A stretch of DNA of 64,000 nt from Octopus sinensis (taxonomy: Eukaryota): the NCBI RefSeq assembly GCF_006345805.1, contig NC_042999.1, positions 161,510,001-161,574,000 of the forward strand, in the 5' to 3' direction. Within the stretch, counting starts at the first letter, position 1; every line of letters starts with the position of its first letter. Positions 26,051 through 39,765 of this stretch are shown here, piece after piece. The notes beneath the pieces were generated by a model, which was given only the letters and a program-made list of their open reading frames with translations, had not been told where the DNA came from and ran no database searches. The position numbers were made by a program, and so were the translations under genes.

Positions 26051-26447
26051 CATGTATGTTGTATGTAGTGTATATGCATATATATATTATATTATATTAT
26101 ATATGTATGTATATATGTATATATAGGTGTATATGTGTATATATGTATGTGTGTGTGTGTATGTATATACACATAAATAATTGATTTTAATATGTGCCCA
26201 TATGTTTATCATTGGAACCCTTTGGAATAACCACAACACTCGCATCTCATAATATCGCAATGGCCTCACAATTGCCCTATAATCTCACATTAATAATTCC
26301 TTTTACATATCCATAGTAACAATTTAATAACCTTTAAACATACATACATTCTTTGATAACTATTAATATATGTGTGTATATATGTATGTGTATGTGTGTA
26401 TATGCATAAGTTTAGGTATGTATGTAGGTGTGTGTGTGTATATATAT

Positions 26448-26934
26448 ACTCTTTTACTCTTTTACTTGTTTCAGTCATTTGAATGTGGCCATGCTGGAGC
26501 ACCATCTTTAGTCGAACAAATCAATCCCAGGATTCATTGTAAGCCTAGTACTTATTCTATCAGTATCTTTTGCCAAACCGCTAAGTTACAGGGATGTAAA
26601 CACACGAGCATCAGTTGTCAAGCAATGTTGTGGGGACAAACACAGACACACAAAAACATACACACACATACACATACATGTATATACATATATACGACAG
26701 GCTTCTTTAAGTTTCCATCTACCAAATCCACTCACAATGCTTTGGTCGGCCCGAGACTATAGTAGAAGACACTTGCCCAAGGTGCCATGCAGTGGGACAC
26801 TGAACCCGGAACCATGTTGTTGGTAAGCAAGCTAATTACCACACAGCCACTCCTGCGCCTATATATATATATGTATATATATATAATAATTGCAGCGTGG
26901 AAGGTGTTTGTAAGCCATTTAAGAATATATATAT

Positions 26935-26979
<45 letters not shown>

Positions 26980-27972
26980 GTTTAACGTCCGTTCTCCATG
27001 CTAGCATGGGTTGGACGGTTCGATCGGGGATCTGGGAAGCCAGAGGGCTGCACCAGGCTCCAGTCTTATGCAGCCCTCTGCATAGGAGATGGAATGTGTA
27101 ATAGACCTTAGGGTACAACACAAGTTTTGTCTAAGTATTACCTTCCTTTCGACTTCTACTTCCTTTTCTTTCTCCTATCAGTTACAACAGTGAAGGAGAT
27201 TATGTCATTTTCTCTAAACTAGAATGTATACTTTCCACAATCCTATCAGAAGTTTTTGCACTTCAATAATTTTCTCTGAATTTACTCATTCTCGAATATG
27301 ATGGACATTAAGTGGTACATAAGCCGACTCAAGAAATCTCTAATGAGACTTTTTACCGATGTCCCTGAAGAGACCCAGAACAGGTCAAAACATGTGTTGT
27401 ACCCAATAAAGTCTACTACACATTCCATCTCCTATTTTATTAATACTGTTGCCCCAACCGCCAGTACGAAGTTCCTGCAGTAAATCTACGGATAACAACA
27501 GGAAATTGAAACTGTGCTCATCATCCATTTATACATTTTGTACAATTTCTCCATTATATATATAATTCTCTTCCCTCTTATACTTTTACATACAACTAAA
27601 TAAAATTGAATGTAGCTTATATTTAATATCGGTACATTTAGGATATAAGTATAAGTCAATCAGTATAGCTAATTATGTAGGTACATAATTAGCTATACTG
27701 ATTGACTTATACTTATATCCTATTTTACATGATACTTAGGTCATGTTACTCTTTTACTCTTTTACTCTCTTTTACTTGTTTCAGTCATTTGACTGCGGCC
27801 ATGCTAGAGCACCGCCTTTAATCAAGGAACTTGACCCCGGGACTTATTCTTTTGCAGCCCAGTACTTATTCATCAGTCTCTTTTGTCGAACCGCTAAGTA
27901 ACGGGACATAAACACACCAGCATCGGTTGTCAAGCAATGCTAGGGGGACAAACACAGAACACAAACCACACA

Positions 27973-28013
<41 letters not shown>

Positions 28014-28246
28014 GACGGGCTTTTTCAGTTTCCGTCTACCAAATCCACTCACAAGGCTTGGTCAACCCGAGGCTATAGTAGAAAACACTTGCCAAAGGTG
28101 CCATGCAGTGGGACTGAACCCGGAACCATGTGTTGGTAAGCAAGCTACTTACCACACAGCCACTCCTGCGCCCCATATATATATATGTAATATATATAAT
28201 AATTGCACGTGTGGAAGGTGTTGTAAGCCATTTAAGAATATATTAT

Positions 28247-28282
<36 letters not shown>

Positions 28283-29278
28283 GTTTAACGTCCGTTCTCC
28301 ATGCTAGCATGGGTTGGACGGTTCGATCGGGGATCTGGGAAGCCAGAGGGCTGCACCAGGCTCCAGTCTTATGCAGCCCTCTGCATAGGAGATGGAATGT
28401 GTAATAGACCTTATTGGGTACAACACAAGTTTTGTCTAAGTATTACCTTCCTTTCGACTTCTACTTCCTTTTCTTTCTCCTATCAGTTACAACAGTGAAA
28501 GGAGATTATGTCATTTTCTCTAAACTAGAATGTATACTTTCCACAATCCTATCAGAAGTTTTTTGCACTTCAATAATTTTCTCTGAATTTACTCATTCTC
28601 GAATATGATGGACATTGGGACATAAGCCGACTCAAGAAATCCTAATGAGACTTTTTTTTACCGATGTCCCTGAAGAGACCCAGAACAGGTCAAAATTGTG
28701 TTGTACCAATAAAGTCTACTACACATTCCATCTCCTATTTTATTAATACTGTTGCCCCAACCGCCAGTACGAAGTTTCCTGCAGTAAATCTACGGATAAC
28801 AACATGAATTGAAACTGTGCTCATCATCCTTTATACATTTTGTACAATTCTCCATTATATATATAATTCTCTCCCTCTTATACTTTTACATACAACTAAA
28901 TAAATTGAATGTAGCTTATATTTAATATCGGTACATTTAGGATATAAGATAAGTCAATCAGTAGAGCTAATTATGTAGTACATAATTAGCTATACTGATT
29001 GACTTATACTTATATCCTATTTTACATGATACTTAGGTCATGTTACTCCTTTACTCTTTTAACTCTCTTTTTACTTGTTTCAGTCATTTGACTCGCGGCC
29101 ATGCTAGAGCACCGCCTTTAATCAAGGAACTTGACCCCGGGACTTATTCTTTTGCAAGCCCAGTACTTATTCTATCAGTCTCTTTTGTCGAACCGCTAAG
29201 TAACGGGACATAAACACACCAGCATCGGTTGTCAAGCAATGCTAGGGGGACAAACCATACAACACAAACACACACCGC

Positions 29279-29310
<32 letters not shown>

Positions 29311-29473
29311 CGACGGGCTTCTTTCAGTTTCCGTCTACCAAATCCACTCACAAGCTTTGGTCGGCCCGAGGCTATAGTAGAAGACACTTGCCAAAGGTGC
29401 CATGCAGTGGGACTGAACCCGGAACCATGTTGTTGGTAAACAAGCTACTTACCACACCGCCACTCATGCGCCA
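26448..29473. repeat. About 1.3 kb tandem duplication bounded by three family-B SINEs (26448-26861, 27748-28172, 29045-29473)
   Basis: 26862-27747 is repeated at 28173-29044, differing mostly by 1-2 nt indels. Confidence 0.92.
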
Positions 29474-30138
29474 TATGCACGTAAAAATATAAGTATTTAT
29501 TTTTCTTATACTTATGTGAATGTATGTATATGTATACATACACACATGATTACACATTTACCTTATTTATATTTATCTTTCTTCAGTCATCTCTATTTTT
29601 ATTTTATTTATTGTTCCAGTTTTTTTTACTTTACTTTATCCCTAATCATATTCTAATCAATCTCTAAACCCTTCCCCCAAAACCCTAAAATCATAAACCC
29701 TAATATTTAGTCTGCTGAAATGAATTGACAGGTCCACATATAACATCCCATCTCTGATGAAGTTATACTCATGTCATATAAATGCAAACTTAATGTACAA
29801 ATTTGTAATTAAATTATTGAGTATTAATTGAAATGGCTGAAAGAAGCGAAGATGACCAATTTGTAAAATAATTAACTTCCTTATCTCTATTTTCTCTTCT
29901 TTTAACTGGATATGTGTGTGTATATATATATATATATATACAGCCAGTCACCATGATTGACCACTAAATCCACAAATTTTTTTTATTCTCTCTCTGTATA
30001 TTTCCTCATGTTCCTTTCTGTTGAAGAGCATAGGCTCGAAACATAAAAGACTTTCTCACCTTCCCGAATCTCGAACTAATACACCTGCTTGCTGTTTATA
30101 CACTTGTCTTCCTTTTTGTTTCTTTTGTAAATTTCAAC

Positions 30139-30177
<39 letters not shown>

Positions 30178-30370
30178 CACATACATATATATATATGCAT
30201 ATATATATAAATAAATGAAAGAATGGAGTCGAACGACGATTTAACAAAATTCCTTTATTCTTGACATATGTTTCGAAGACTGCATATTCTTAATTCCTGC
30301 TACCCGGGTATCGGTTAACCAAATTATCCATACTAGGATAATTCATTCAACTAATTAAACATATATATAT

Positions 30371-30421
<51 letters not shown>

Positions 30422-30511
30422 ATATATATATATATATATACACATATATGTATGTATATATATATTATGTATATATATATATAATGATGTAAATATATAT
30501 AATATATATAT

Positions 30512-30547
<36 letters not shown>

Positions 30548-30627
30548 CACTACATACACACACACATATGTATATGTATGTTATGTATATATATATGTAT
30601 GTGTGTGTATGTATGTATATATATATA

Positions 30628-31206
30628 TCCGTCTCCTCGAGCGCTTCCACCAGTGATGTCTCCACACCATCCTCAATATTCACTGGAGTGACTTCGTCAC
30701 AAACATTGAATTCTTGGAGCGGGCCAAGATCCCTAGCATTGAAGCCATGCTACTGAAGTACCACCTCCAATGGGCAGGGCGTGTCTCCAGAATGAAGAAC
30801 CATCGCCTTCCAAAGATTGCCCTATTTGGCGAACTCTCCGCCGGCCACCGAGTGAGAGGAGCTCCGAGGAAGCACTACAAAGACTGCCTCAAGAAGTCTC
30901 TAACAGCATGTCAAATTAACCACCAATGCTGGTCAGACCTGGCTGCGAACCGTGATGTCTGGCACCACACGACCTTCAACGCAGTCAGCAAGTTTGAGGA
31001 ACAAAGAAGAAACGCACTTAAAGACAAGAGACGCAGGAGGAAGGTGCAAGCCACCTCTGACACCACACCGGATGTTACCTCCGTTTGTGGACACTGCTCA
31101 CGGACCTGCCTTTCCCATATCAGACTTGTCAGTCATGAGCGTGCATGCACGTGACGTGGACAGCATTCCTGATCTTCATTCGCGAAGCCGAGCCATGATG
31201 ATGATG
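30628..31206 (+). mobile_element. RTE-clade LINE 3' end
   Basis: [60 protein letters not shown], ending in GCCGAGCC(ATG)n. Confidence 0.88.
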
Positions 31207-31258
31207 TATATAAATATTTGTACAAACATACACACACACACACACATGTATATATATA

Positions 31259-31289
<31 letters not shown>

Positions 31290-31306
31290 ATGTGTGTGTG
31301 TGTATG

Positions 31307-31411
<105 letters not shown>

Positions 31412-32809
31412 TACACATATATACATATATACATATATATATTATATAAGTGTGTATACTGTATGTATAATAAACTTTAATTATATTAACACAGAAAGAG
31501 GGCAGAATGTGTTACCAATGACAAAGGGGGGCGCCAATTAATCTACAGCTGCTGATCAAAATAATCAGCCGGTTCTGGCTGCTTAATTAGTTAGGGGTAG
31601 AGTAACTACTTCATATAATAGCAGAATCACTTGACATACACACGGCTCCATTCCACAAAGTACATATGCATATACTGTTGTATGTGTGTAATGTGTATGT
31701 GTGTGTGACCATGGAGGTTGCTCATGCATGTATGTATGTGTGTACATGCATAGATATGCTTGCTGATCTACAAGCATATGTAAGTTATGTAAGGGTATTC
31801 ATACATGTAAACATATATAAATTTGTGTGTTGGATGGTATTATATTTTAGCCCCCCCCCCCCCTGTTTGGAAATTTGACAAATAATATGACTCTATCTAA
31901 ATACAAAACCATATGTTTCAACACAAGATTTGAAATAAAGTATCTTGCTAAATATATTGAAGACAACAGTACCTGTGTGTGTGTGTTTCTGTCTGTCTGT
32001 CTGCCTGTCTGTCTGTCCATATGTATTGTATGTATGCATGAATGCATGCATGCATGAATGTATGTATGTATGTATGTATGTATGTATACATATATATATA
32101 TAAAACGATGATGATGATGTATCTTTCTGTTGAAGAGCGTAGGCTCAAAACGTTAAAGACTTGTTTCATTTATATTTCCTGAGCACCATACTAATACAAT
32201 TGTTTGTTTGTATTCCACCAGCCTTCGTCTTTTGTTTATTTCCGTAAACCTGCCTTCGTCTTTTGTCTATTTTCATAAAGCTTACCGTTATATATATATA
32301 TATATAGGCATAATTAAATCTCAGAATGAGATTGAAACAGTAATCGCTCGATAATGTAAAGTATAGAAGCCATCTTATCATGGCTAACCACATAGGGGAG
32401 GGAGTGTTACTGTAGCTTTATAGCCCCAAGAGATCTTCGTCTCAAGCTGGCTTTAGACACAATATCTGTGTCCTTGGAGTATTTGCAAAGGGAGGGCATC
32501 CCTTCCTCGCAAGTCTGAGTGATACGCTCGAACTAGTTTCGGGATTTTTGTCCCTCGTCAATGGGCGGTAACCACCAGGTCGCGATGAAAGTGAAGGCTC
32601 CTTTGCAAATATATATAAGTTTTTCTAATGGCGAAGTGAACAACATCCTGTGAGTTCCCAGTGAACTCCCTCAAGACACACTTTCTGATAGCCAGCTGTA
32701 CGACACCAGAAGAGCTGGGCTTGCATATCTCACTCTGCATACTACAAGAAGGTTATCCATAGTTATGTTTCTCATAAACTAGAAAAGGATGACAATGTTA
32801 ACATATATA

Positions 32810-33040
32810 TTTCTTTACTACCCACAAGGGGCTAAACATAGAGGGGACAAACAAGGACAGACAAAGGGATTAAGTTGATTACATCGACCCCAGTGCATAA
32901 CTGGTACTTAATTTATCGACCCCGAAAGGATGAAAGCAAAGTCGACCTCAGCGGAATTTGAACTCCCAACGTAACGACAGACGAAATACGGCTACGCATT
33001 TCGCCCGACGCGCCAACGTTTCTGCCAGCTCGCCGCCTTT
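32810..33040 (-). mobile_element. SINE family A
   Basis: Full-length match. Confidence 0.9.
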
Positions 33041-33537
33041 GTTAACATATAGCTTCTCTTGGACTTGTGGTTAGTCTCTATGTTTACTCTTACCAACCAA
33101 TTGAGTATTTACAACGACCATTGTTTCTTTTCCCTTAACAACAGAAAGTATCTACTCCCATCGCCTCTTTTTCTTCACTCTCTCTTCTTTTCTTTACTCC
33201 TAACAACCTTATACGATTCCCAAATATTTGACCCCATCCTTTCCTTTTCTGACTTCTTGACTGCTTTATTTCTTCAAACATTTGTTTTTCTATTGTGTTC
33301 TGGTCACACCATTCACTTTAACTCCTCGTAAGATGAGTAAACTTGGAAATTCCAAGCAACAACGTAACCTTCATGTAATTAAGGTATTCTCAGCCTCATG
33401 ATTTGCTAATTTGAGCTATCTTCTGCTCTAGGATAGAAAAAGTATAGCCTTCAAGTTATGACATGATGTAATGGCTACAAGTAGCTATAAAATATCTCAT
33501 GACCAAATGGGACAGCGGTACCTTTAAAACCCAAAAA

Positions 33538-33770
33538 GGCGGTGAGCTGGCAGAATCGTTAGCACGCCGGGTGAAATGCTTAGCAGTATTTCGTCTGCGT
33601 TACGTTGTGAGTTCAAATTCCGCCGATGTCCACTTTGCTTTTCATCCTTTCGGGGTCAATAAATTAAGTACCAGTTATGCACTGGGGTCGATGTAATCGA
33701 CTTAATACCTATGTCTGTCCTTGTTTGTCCGCTCTGTGTTTAGCCCCTTGTGGGTAATAAAGAAATAGGT
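33538..33770 (+). mobile_element. SINE family A
   Basis: Full-length match; flanked by a direct repeat ggtacctttaaaaccca (likely TSD). Confidence 0.9.
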
Positions 33771-34229
33771 ACCTTTAAAACCCAAGGTGCAATCAGAAAG
33801 GTTAATTATGTCACTTTTCTGTGAAAGACAGCACATGTAATTAGCAGCTTCCCAAAGCTGTCATCAAGGTACCACTTCCCAATGTGATATGACATTTTTG
33901 GCTAAAACAATATCCAATGCCATGTGAAATAAGAACTGCCCTGTCATAAATATAGAGAATCCTCCTTTTATTGGATCTGCTATCTTTTATTTGTTTCAGT
34001 CATTAAACTGCAGCCATGCTGGAGCACCATCTTGAAGAACATTTTTACTCAATTGTATCGACCCCAGTGCTCATTTTTTTAAAGCCTATTACTTATTCTA
34101 TTGGTCTCTTTTGCTGAACCACTAAGTTATGGAAACACAAACAGACCAGCACTGGTTGTCAAGCAGTGGGGTTGGGGCTGGACAAACACAGACACAGACA
34201 CACAGACACACGCATATATATATATAGGA

Positions 34230-34710
34230 GTGCCTCACAGAGGCAATGACTGATGACCAAGACCTTTGGCCATGTGCTGCGCTTGAGAGGACCCGTCAAG
34301 CCAATTGGACCTGTGCTGGCAGCATGTAAAGGACAGCTTTTGAGTGTTGGGCCTCACAGGGGCAAAGTGGCTGAGTTCCTTTCGAGTGTTGAGCTTCATG
34401 GAAACAATGACCAAGACCTTTGGCATTAAGTCATACTTCAGAAGAAGACCCATCAAGCAGAGCAAAATCACAGTCGTGGCAGATACTGGTGTCATGCAAA
34501 TTGGCACCTGTGCCAGTGGCATGTAAAAGCACCCTGGTCTCACACAAATGGCACCCATTGTATTCTTGGAGTGGTTGGCATTAGGAAGGGCATCCAGCTG
34601 TAGAAAACCATGCCAAATAAGACTTAAGTCTGGTGCAGCCTTCCAGCATGCCAGCCCAGTCAAACTGTCCAACCCATGCCAGCATGGACAACCAACATTA
34701 AATGATGATG
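34230..34710 (+). repeat. Dispersed repeat ending in CCAACCCATGCCAGCATGG..(ATG)n, probably LINE 3' UTR-derived
   Basis: Related pieces at 26940-27065, 48640-48990, 50040-50150, 52825-53225 and 61250-61470. Confidence 0.65.
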
Positions 34711-34744
34711 TGTATATAACGGGGTTTTTTTCAGTATTTTGATT

Positions 34745-35158
34745 ACTCTTACTCTTTTTACTCTTTTACTTGTTTCAGTCATTTGACTGCGGCCATGCTG
34801 GAGCACCGCCTTTAGTCGAGCAAATCGACCCCAGGACTTATTCTTTATAAGCCTAGTACTTATTCTATCGGTCTCTTTTGCCAAACCGCTAAGTTTCGGG
34901 GACGTAAACACACCAGCATCGGTTGTCAAGCGATGTAGGGGGGACAAACACAGATACACAAACATACACACACACATATATATATATATACATATATATG
35001 ATGGGCTTCTTTCAGTTTCTGTCTACCAAATCCACTCACAAGGCTTTGGTCAGCCCAAGGCTATAGTAGAAGATACTTGCCCAAAGTGCCACGCAGTGGG
35101 AATGAACCCGGAACCATGTGGTTGGTAAGCAAGCTTCTTACCACACAGCCACTCCTGC
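34745..35158 (-). mobile_element. SINE family B
   Basis: Full-length match. Confidence 0.9.
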
Positions 35159-35776
35159 AAATTTTCTTTACTTTATAAATGCCCATTCTTTTAACATAAT
35201 TGTATTTCATCTTATGGCTTTACTTCACGTTTTCTATTGTAGATGTCCAAGCTTCATTCATGTCCCATGTCTTGCCAGTATTCTTCCCATGTGCATACCA
35301 TATGTATACTTACACATATACACCATAGGAATATATGATAAACTATAGTAATATATGCTACAAGATAGCATGTTCTCACTAGCACACACACACATAGTGG
35401 ATGTAAGCATGAAACCTTGCCAGAACACTCAGCTGTAGCCCAGAGTTAACCAAAGCCTTGTGAGTGAGATTTGGTGGATGAGAACTGGAGGGTTCCCAAC
35501 CAGATAGTTCTAGCTTCAGTCCCACAGCATGGCATCATGTGCAAAGCCTTGTGAGTGGATTTGATAGGAATGTGTATATGTGAATGTGTGTGTGTGTGTG
35601 TCTTTGCATTTAACACCCAGATCTGTATAACAATGGTGTTGGTTTGTTTGTGTTCATGTAACTTAACTGTTCAGCAAAAGAGATCAATAGAGTAAGTAGC
35701 AGACTTTAAAAAGATAAGCACTGGGGTTGAATCATTCAGCTAAAACCTTTTCAATGCAATACCCTAGTATTGCTGA

Positions 35777-36000
35777 AGGAGAAGAAGGAGGAGGAGGAGG
35801 AGGAGGAGGAGGAGAAGAAGAAGAAGGGGAAGGAGGAGGAGGAGGAGATGGAGGAGGAGAAGGAGGAGGAGGAGGAGGAGGAGAAGAAGAAAAAGGGGAA
35901 GGAGGAGGAGGAGGAGATGGAGGAGGAGAAGGAGGAGGAGGAGGAGGAGGAGAAGAAGGAGAAGTAGGAGGAGGAGAAGAAGAAGTAGGAGAAGAAGAAG

Positions 36001-36032
<32 letters not shown>

Positions 36033-36137
36033 GGAGGAGAAGAAGTAGGAGGAGGAGAAGAAGAAGAAGTAAGAGGAGGAGGAGGAGGAGGAGGAGAAGG
36101 AGGAGAGAAGAAGAAGAAGAAGAAGAAGAAGAAGAAT
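35777..36137. repeat. (GAG/GAA)n polypurine tract
   Basis: Visible. Confidence 0.97.
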
Positions 36138-36429
36138 TCTTTCTTTTAAAGACACAAAACCTGAAATTTTGTGGGTAGAGAGTCAGTTGATTACCTCAAC
36201 CCCCAATACTCAGCTGGAACTTATTACACTGACCCTGAAAGGATTAAAAACAAATGTGACAGTCCTCACTCCCACACCAGGCATTCTGGATGCTCTCCAT
36301 CTCAAACATCTGGACCCTCTGGCAGATATCAGGGATCTCCAAATGTCTGGCACAGACACAACCTTAACTGCAACCAGTGATCATGTGGCTGTTGCCATGA
36401 GATTCTTCTCTATGAGTAGCAGTGATAAA

Positions 36430-38500
36430 GTTGATGGCCAGTGACCCAGTCACCTTAAAGATTTAATCTCGCCACACTTCACCAAGGTGGGTTGTCACTT
36501 GGTCCAATCCATCACCAGTTTGACAGACTTATTTCTATCCAACCTGATTGTACTGAAGAAGGATGGAAGCATCCATCCTACAACAGTGAGAAATGTCTTT
36601 CATCATCTCATGGCTAGGTTAGATTGTAGATCAGTCAGCAGTGACCTGAGTGAGGCATTCAGCCATGTCTAGTTGGAGGTGGAACTCAAGTGTGGATGTG
36701 AGGTTGCTGACCATGCTGCCAGAAACTTCATACAACACACTTCTCCCTCATCACCTTGTTTCCTAATGAAGCTGGATTTAAAAAATGCTTTTAACAGCAG
36801 CAGACACGACTACATCTTGGAAACATGTCTGAGATATGCTTTCTCATTAAACCAACTCACATGCCTCTCCTGTAGTACACCCAGCTCACTCATAACTGCT
36901 GACAACAGGATCACTTCTTCCATGGAAGTCCAGCAAGGTGACCCTCTTGGCCTGCTCCTTTTTGTGCTGACTGTCAATGATGTTGCTTGATTGGTCCGCT
37001 CACCTTTCAATGTCTGGCACCTTGATGACAGAACCTTGGGTGACCTGGCTGAGCCTGTTGTTAGGGACCTTCAGCAGGTTATTCTATCCCTAAAGCTTCT
37101 TCGTCTTGAGATCAACCTATCCAAGTCAGAGGCAATTAATGTGAGCTACAGAGAGGCCAAATTTCAAGATGCCATACTCAGTATCCAGTCCATCTTGGTG
37201 AGGGGTTGGCTGAATTCAAAGATCTCCATTTGCATCCTTGGCTCCCCAATTCTGCTAAAAGCCATAATGGAGTGTCTGGAGTCCAAGCTTGCAGACTTGT
37301 ACAGAAAGATTGTGCCTCATTGATGTGTACCAGGCACTCTTCCTCTTGAGGATTTGCTCTTTTTCTTGCCTCTGTGATTTGGATAATACTATCCAGCGCT
37401 GTGCTGAACTGATCTGCAATGTTGGTTCTGACAACACTGGCTGGCAACAGGCCACACTGCCTGTTAGATTTGGAGGCCTTGGTCTCCAATCTATGTTTCC
37501 TCAGTCTCCTCCTCATTGGCAAGATACTCCATGGCATAGCCGAACCTGATATGGTCCAGGAACCAGAGTCAACCCTAGCCAACTGGACACTGATGGGCTT
37601 ATCATCCCCCAGAATACGGATGTCTTATGCAACTAGGACGACATCAGATGCAAGTTCACCTTCTAGCATCTAGAGCAGTGGTTTTCAACCAGGGTTCCGC
37701 AAGAAGTTACAAAACTGCTAAAATCGGCAGTAATTTTTAATTCTCCTGTGCAGATATGTGTGCATAAGACTATTAAATTATTGAAGAGGGGTTCCTCGAG
37801 CCAGTGGAATGTTTCCTTGGGGTTCCGCTCCAGCAAAAAGTTTGAAAAGCACTGATCTAGAGACATCACTAGACCAGTACCATCTTGCCTGCCTCCATTC
37901 TGATTCACAGCCTAATAGCGTTGCATGGCTCAATTTGGTGCCCTCCTCATCTACTTGTATCCTTCTAGATAATGAGTGCATCCATATTAGAGTGACCCAA
38001 TACCTTGGTTTCTGCCTGTGTGAACTGTGAAAATGTTAATGCAAAATGGTAGCAGACAAATTTGGTCCGCATCCTTTATCATGCAGCCTTAGTGCAGGCC
38101 GATTCCCTTGACACACCACTCTGAATGATATGATGAGAAGAGGCTTTGATGCAGCTAGCTTCCCATCTCATCTTCAGCCATCAGGTCTTGACCACAGGGA
38201 TGGTAAGCGCCCCAATGGGATAACACTCTTCCCATTAGAGGGAGGCAGATCTATAGTCTGGGACGCAACGTGCAGTGACATGCTCCCAGGCTCCAGCCTT
38301 ACAACATCAACTCCAAACCCAGGTGTTGCCGCCTGTAACATGTAGGAGAGAAAAATCAACAAGTACAGGAAGATGGCCGGCCACTGTCAGTTTGTGTCCG
38401 TCGCCGTCAAGACGTCAGGTGTTCTCATACCCCGTATTACCGATTCCCTCCGCAAAGTAGGGGTAACGGCGGCCCGTCGGTGAAATGAGCGCCCATTAGG
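36430..38500 (+). mobile_element. Degenerate CRE-clade non-LTR retrotransposon (RT plus restriction-like endonuclease)
   Basis: KLDLKNAFNS, VQQGDPLGLLLF, WHLDDRTL, LEINLSKSE; C-terminal DGKRPNGITLFP..IVWDATCSD..KINKY..VAVKTSG. Confidence 0.82.
37676..37854. mobile_element. hAT Buster/Charlie-type MITE
   Basis: TIRs cagtggttttcaac / tttgaaaagcactg; perfect 8-bp TSD atctagag (37668-37675, 37855-37862) with central TA. Confidence 0.93.
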
Positions 38501-38869
38501 TGGAGTGAATACTGCTGCTGCAGCGAGTGTCGCTGTGCAGCAACGCCATCGCTGTCATTACCGAGGGATGCGGTTGAGCACACCCATTTGTTCAGGGATA
38601 TGTGACCTTTCTGTCATCCGCTGCGGTAGCCCCACCACCCCCGCCACACACACACCCACACACTTTGTTTCTCTTTTCTTTTCTTAACTCTCTTCTTTTC
38701 TGTTTCATTGTATTTAAATGTTCTAATAAAATTTAAAAAATTGCATCTCAAGTTACACAGGTATAAAAAAAAAATCGAGGATTAGAAATAAATAAATAAA
38801 ATAAAAAGATAATACGAAGCTCTTCGACTCACTCTCGTAACCGAATAGATTCCTAACAACAACAAATAA

Positions 38870-39258
38870 TAGAATGGTTGTGGATGGAAGCACTCCGTCG
38901 GTCACGACGACGAGGGTTCCGGTTGATCCGATCAACGGAACATCCTGCTCGTGAAATTAATGTGTAAGTGGCTGAGCACTCCACAGACACGTGCATCCTT
39001 AACGAACGTAGTTCTCGGAGATATTCAGCGTGACACACAGAGTGACAAGGCCGGCCCCTTGAAATACAGGTACAACAGAAACAGGAAGTAAGAGTGAGAG
39101 AAAGTTGTGGTGAAAGAGTACAGCAGGGATCACCACCATCCTGCCGGAGTCTCGTGGAGGTTTTAGGTGTTTTCGCTCAATAAACACTCACAACGCCCGG
39201 TCTGGGAATCGAAACCGCGATCCTATGACCGCGAGTCCGCTGCCCTAACCACTGGGCC
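38870..39258 (-). mobile_element. tRNA-derived SINE family C
   Basis: Head GGCCCAGTGGTTAGGGCAGCGGACTCGCGGTC..GGTTTCGATTCCC with A/B-box-like motifs, followed by a non-tRNA body. Confidence 0.8.
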
Positions 39259-39641
39259 GACAGTAGGGGTACACCACCGCTGTTTAACCCTAGAAAGCAT
39301 CGGGGCTAAACAGCGGTGGTGTACCCCACTACTGTCACGTTCGTGTTAGATTGACAGTATACAACCATTCTATCGCCCCCACCACCGTACATATCTCTTA
39401 CGAGAGATTTAGAAATTTAGTATTTCTGAGCAAATAATAGAAATAATGGAAATGAGAATTCGCGTCGAGTTATCTGCTCCTGATTTGGTTTCACCCCTCC
39501 CCCTCCGCCCCCTTCTCTCTCACTAATGTCATCATTGTTATTGTTATAAATGTCCGCTAGAGGTCAGCAGTTTGTTCTGTCACTGCTCCCCCTCCTCCCA
39601 CGTTGTATGTAATTAATTATAACAAGTCAATTAGGGAGAAA

Positions 39642-39765
39642 ATGAAGCCAGTTATTGAGTTGAGACCACAAAGGCCACCAATTGCCGAGATCATTGCTGA
39701 CCTGGAATCGGCTTCTGCAGACGACGTTGTATTCGGATTGCTAGATACTTCTGACTTAATGGACG
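39642..39765 (+). CDS. C19orf25: UPF0449 / C19orf25-like protein, first coding exon
   Basis: MKPVIELRPQRPPIAEIIADLESASADDVVFGLLDTSDLMD; about 10 of 24 residues match the human N-terminal motif [24 protein letters not shown] as recalled from memory; strong donor G|GTAAG (phase 1). Next exon not identified. Confidence 0.75.

Noticed and set aside
30260-30290. Half hammerhead on the minus strand (CGAAACATATGTC)
   Set aside because: No CUGANGA partner nearby; at most a PLE-end fragment
39160-39258. Possible tRNA gene
   Set aside because: The tRNA-like head continues into a SINE body; no clean acceptor stem was seen
39283-39298. TTAACCCTAGAAAG resembling the piggyBac terminus
   Set aside because: The homologous copy at about 51733 reads tttagccctaggaag and the site is internal to a MITE; chance substitutions
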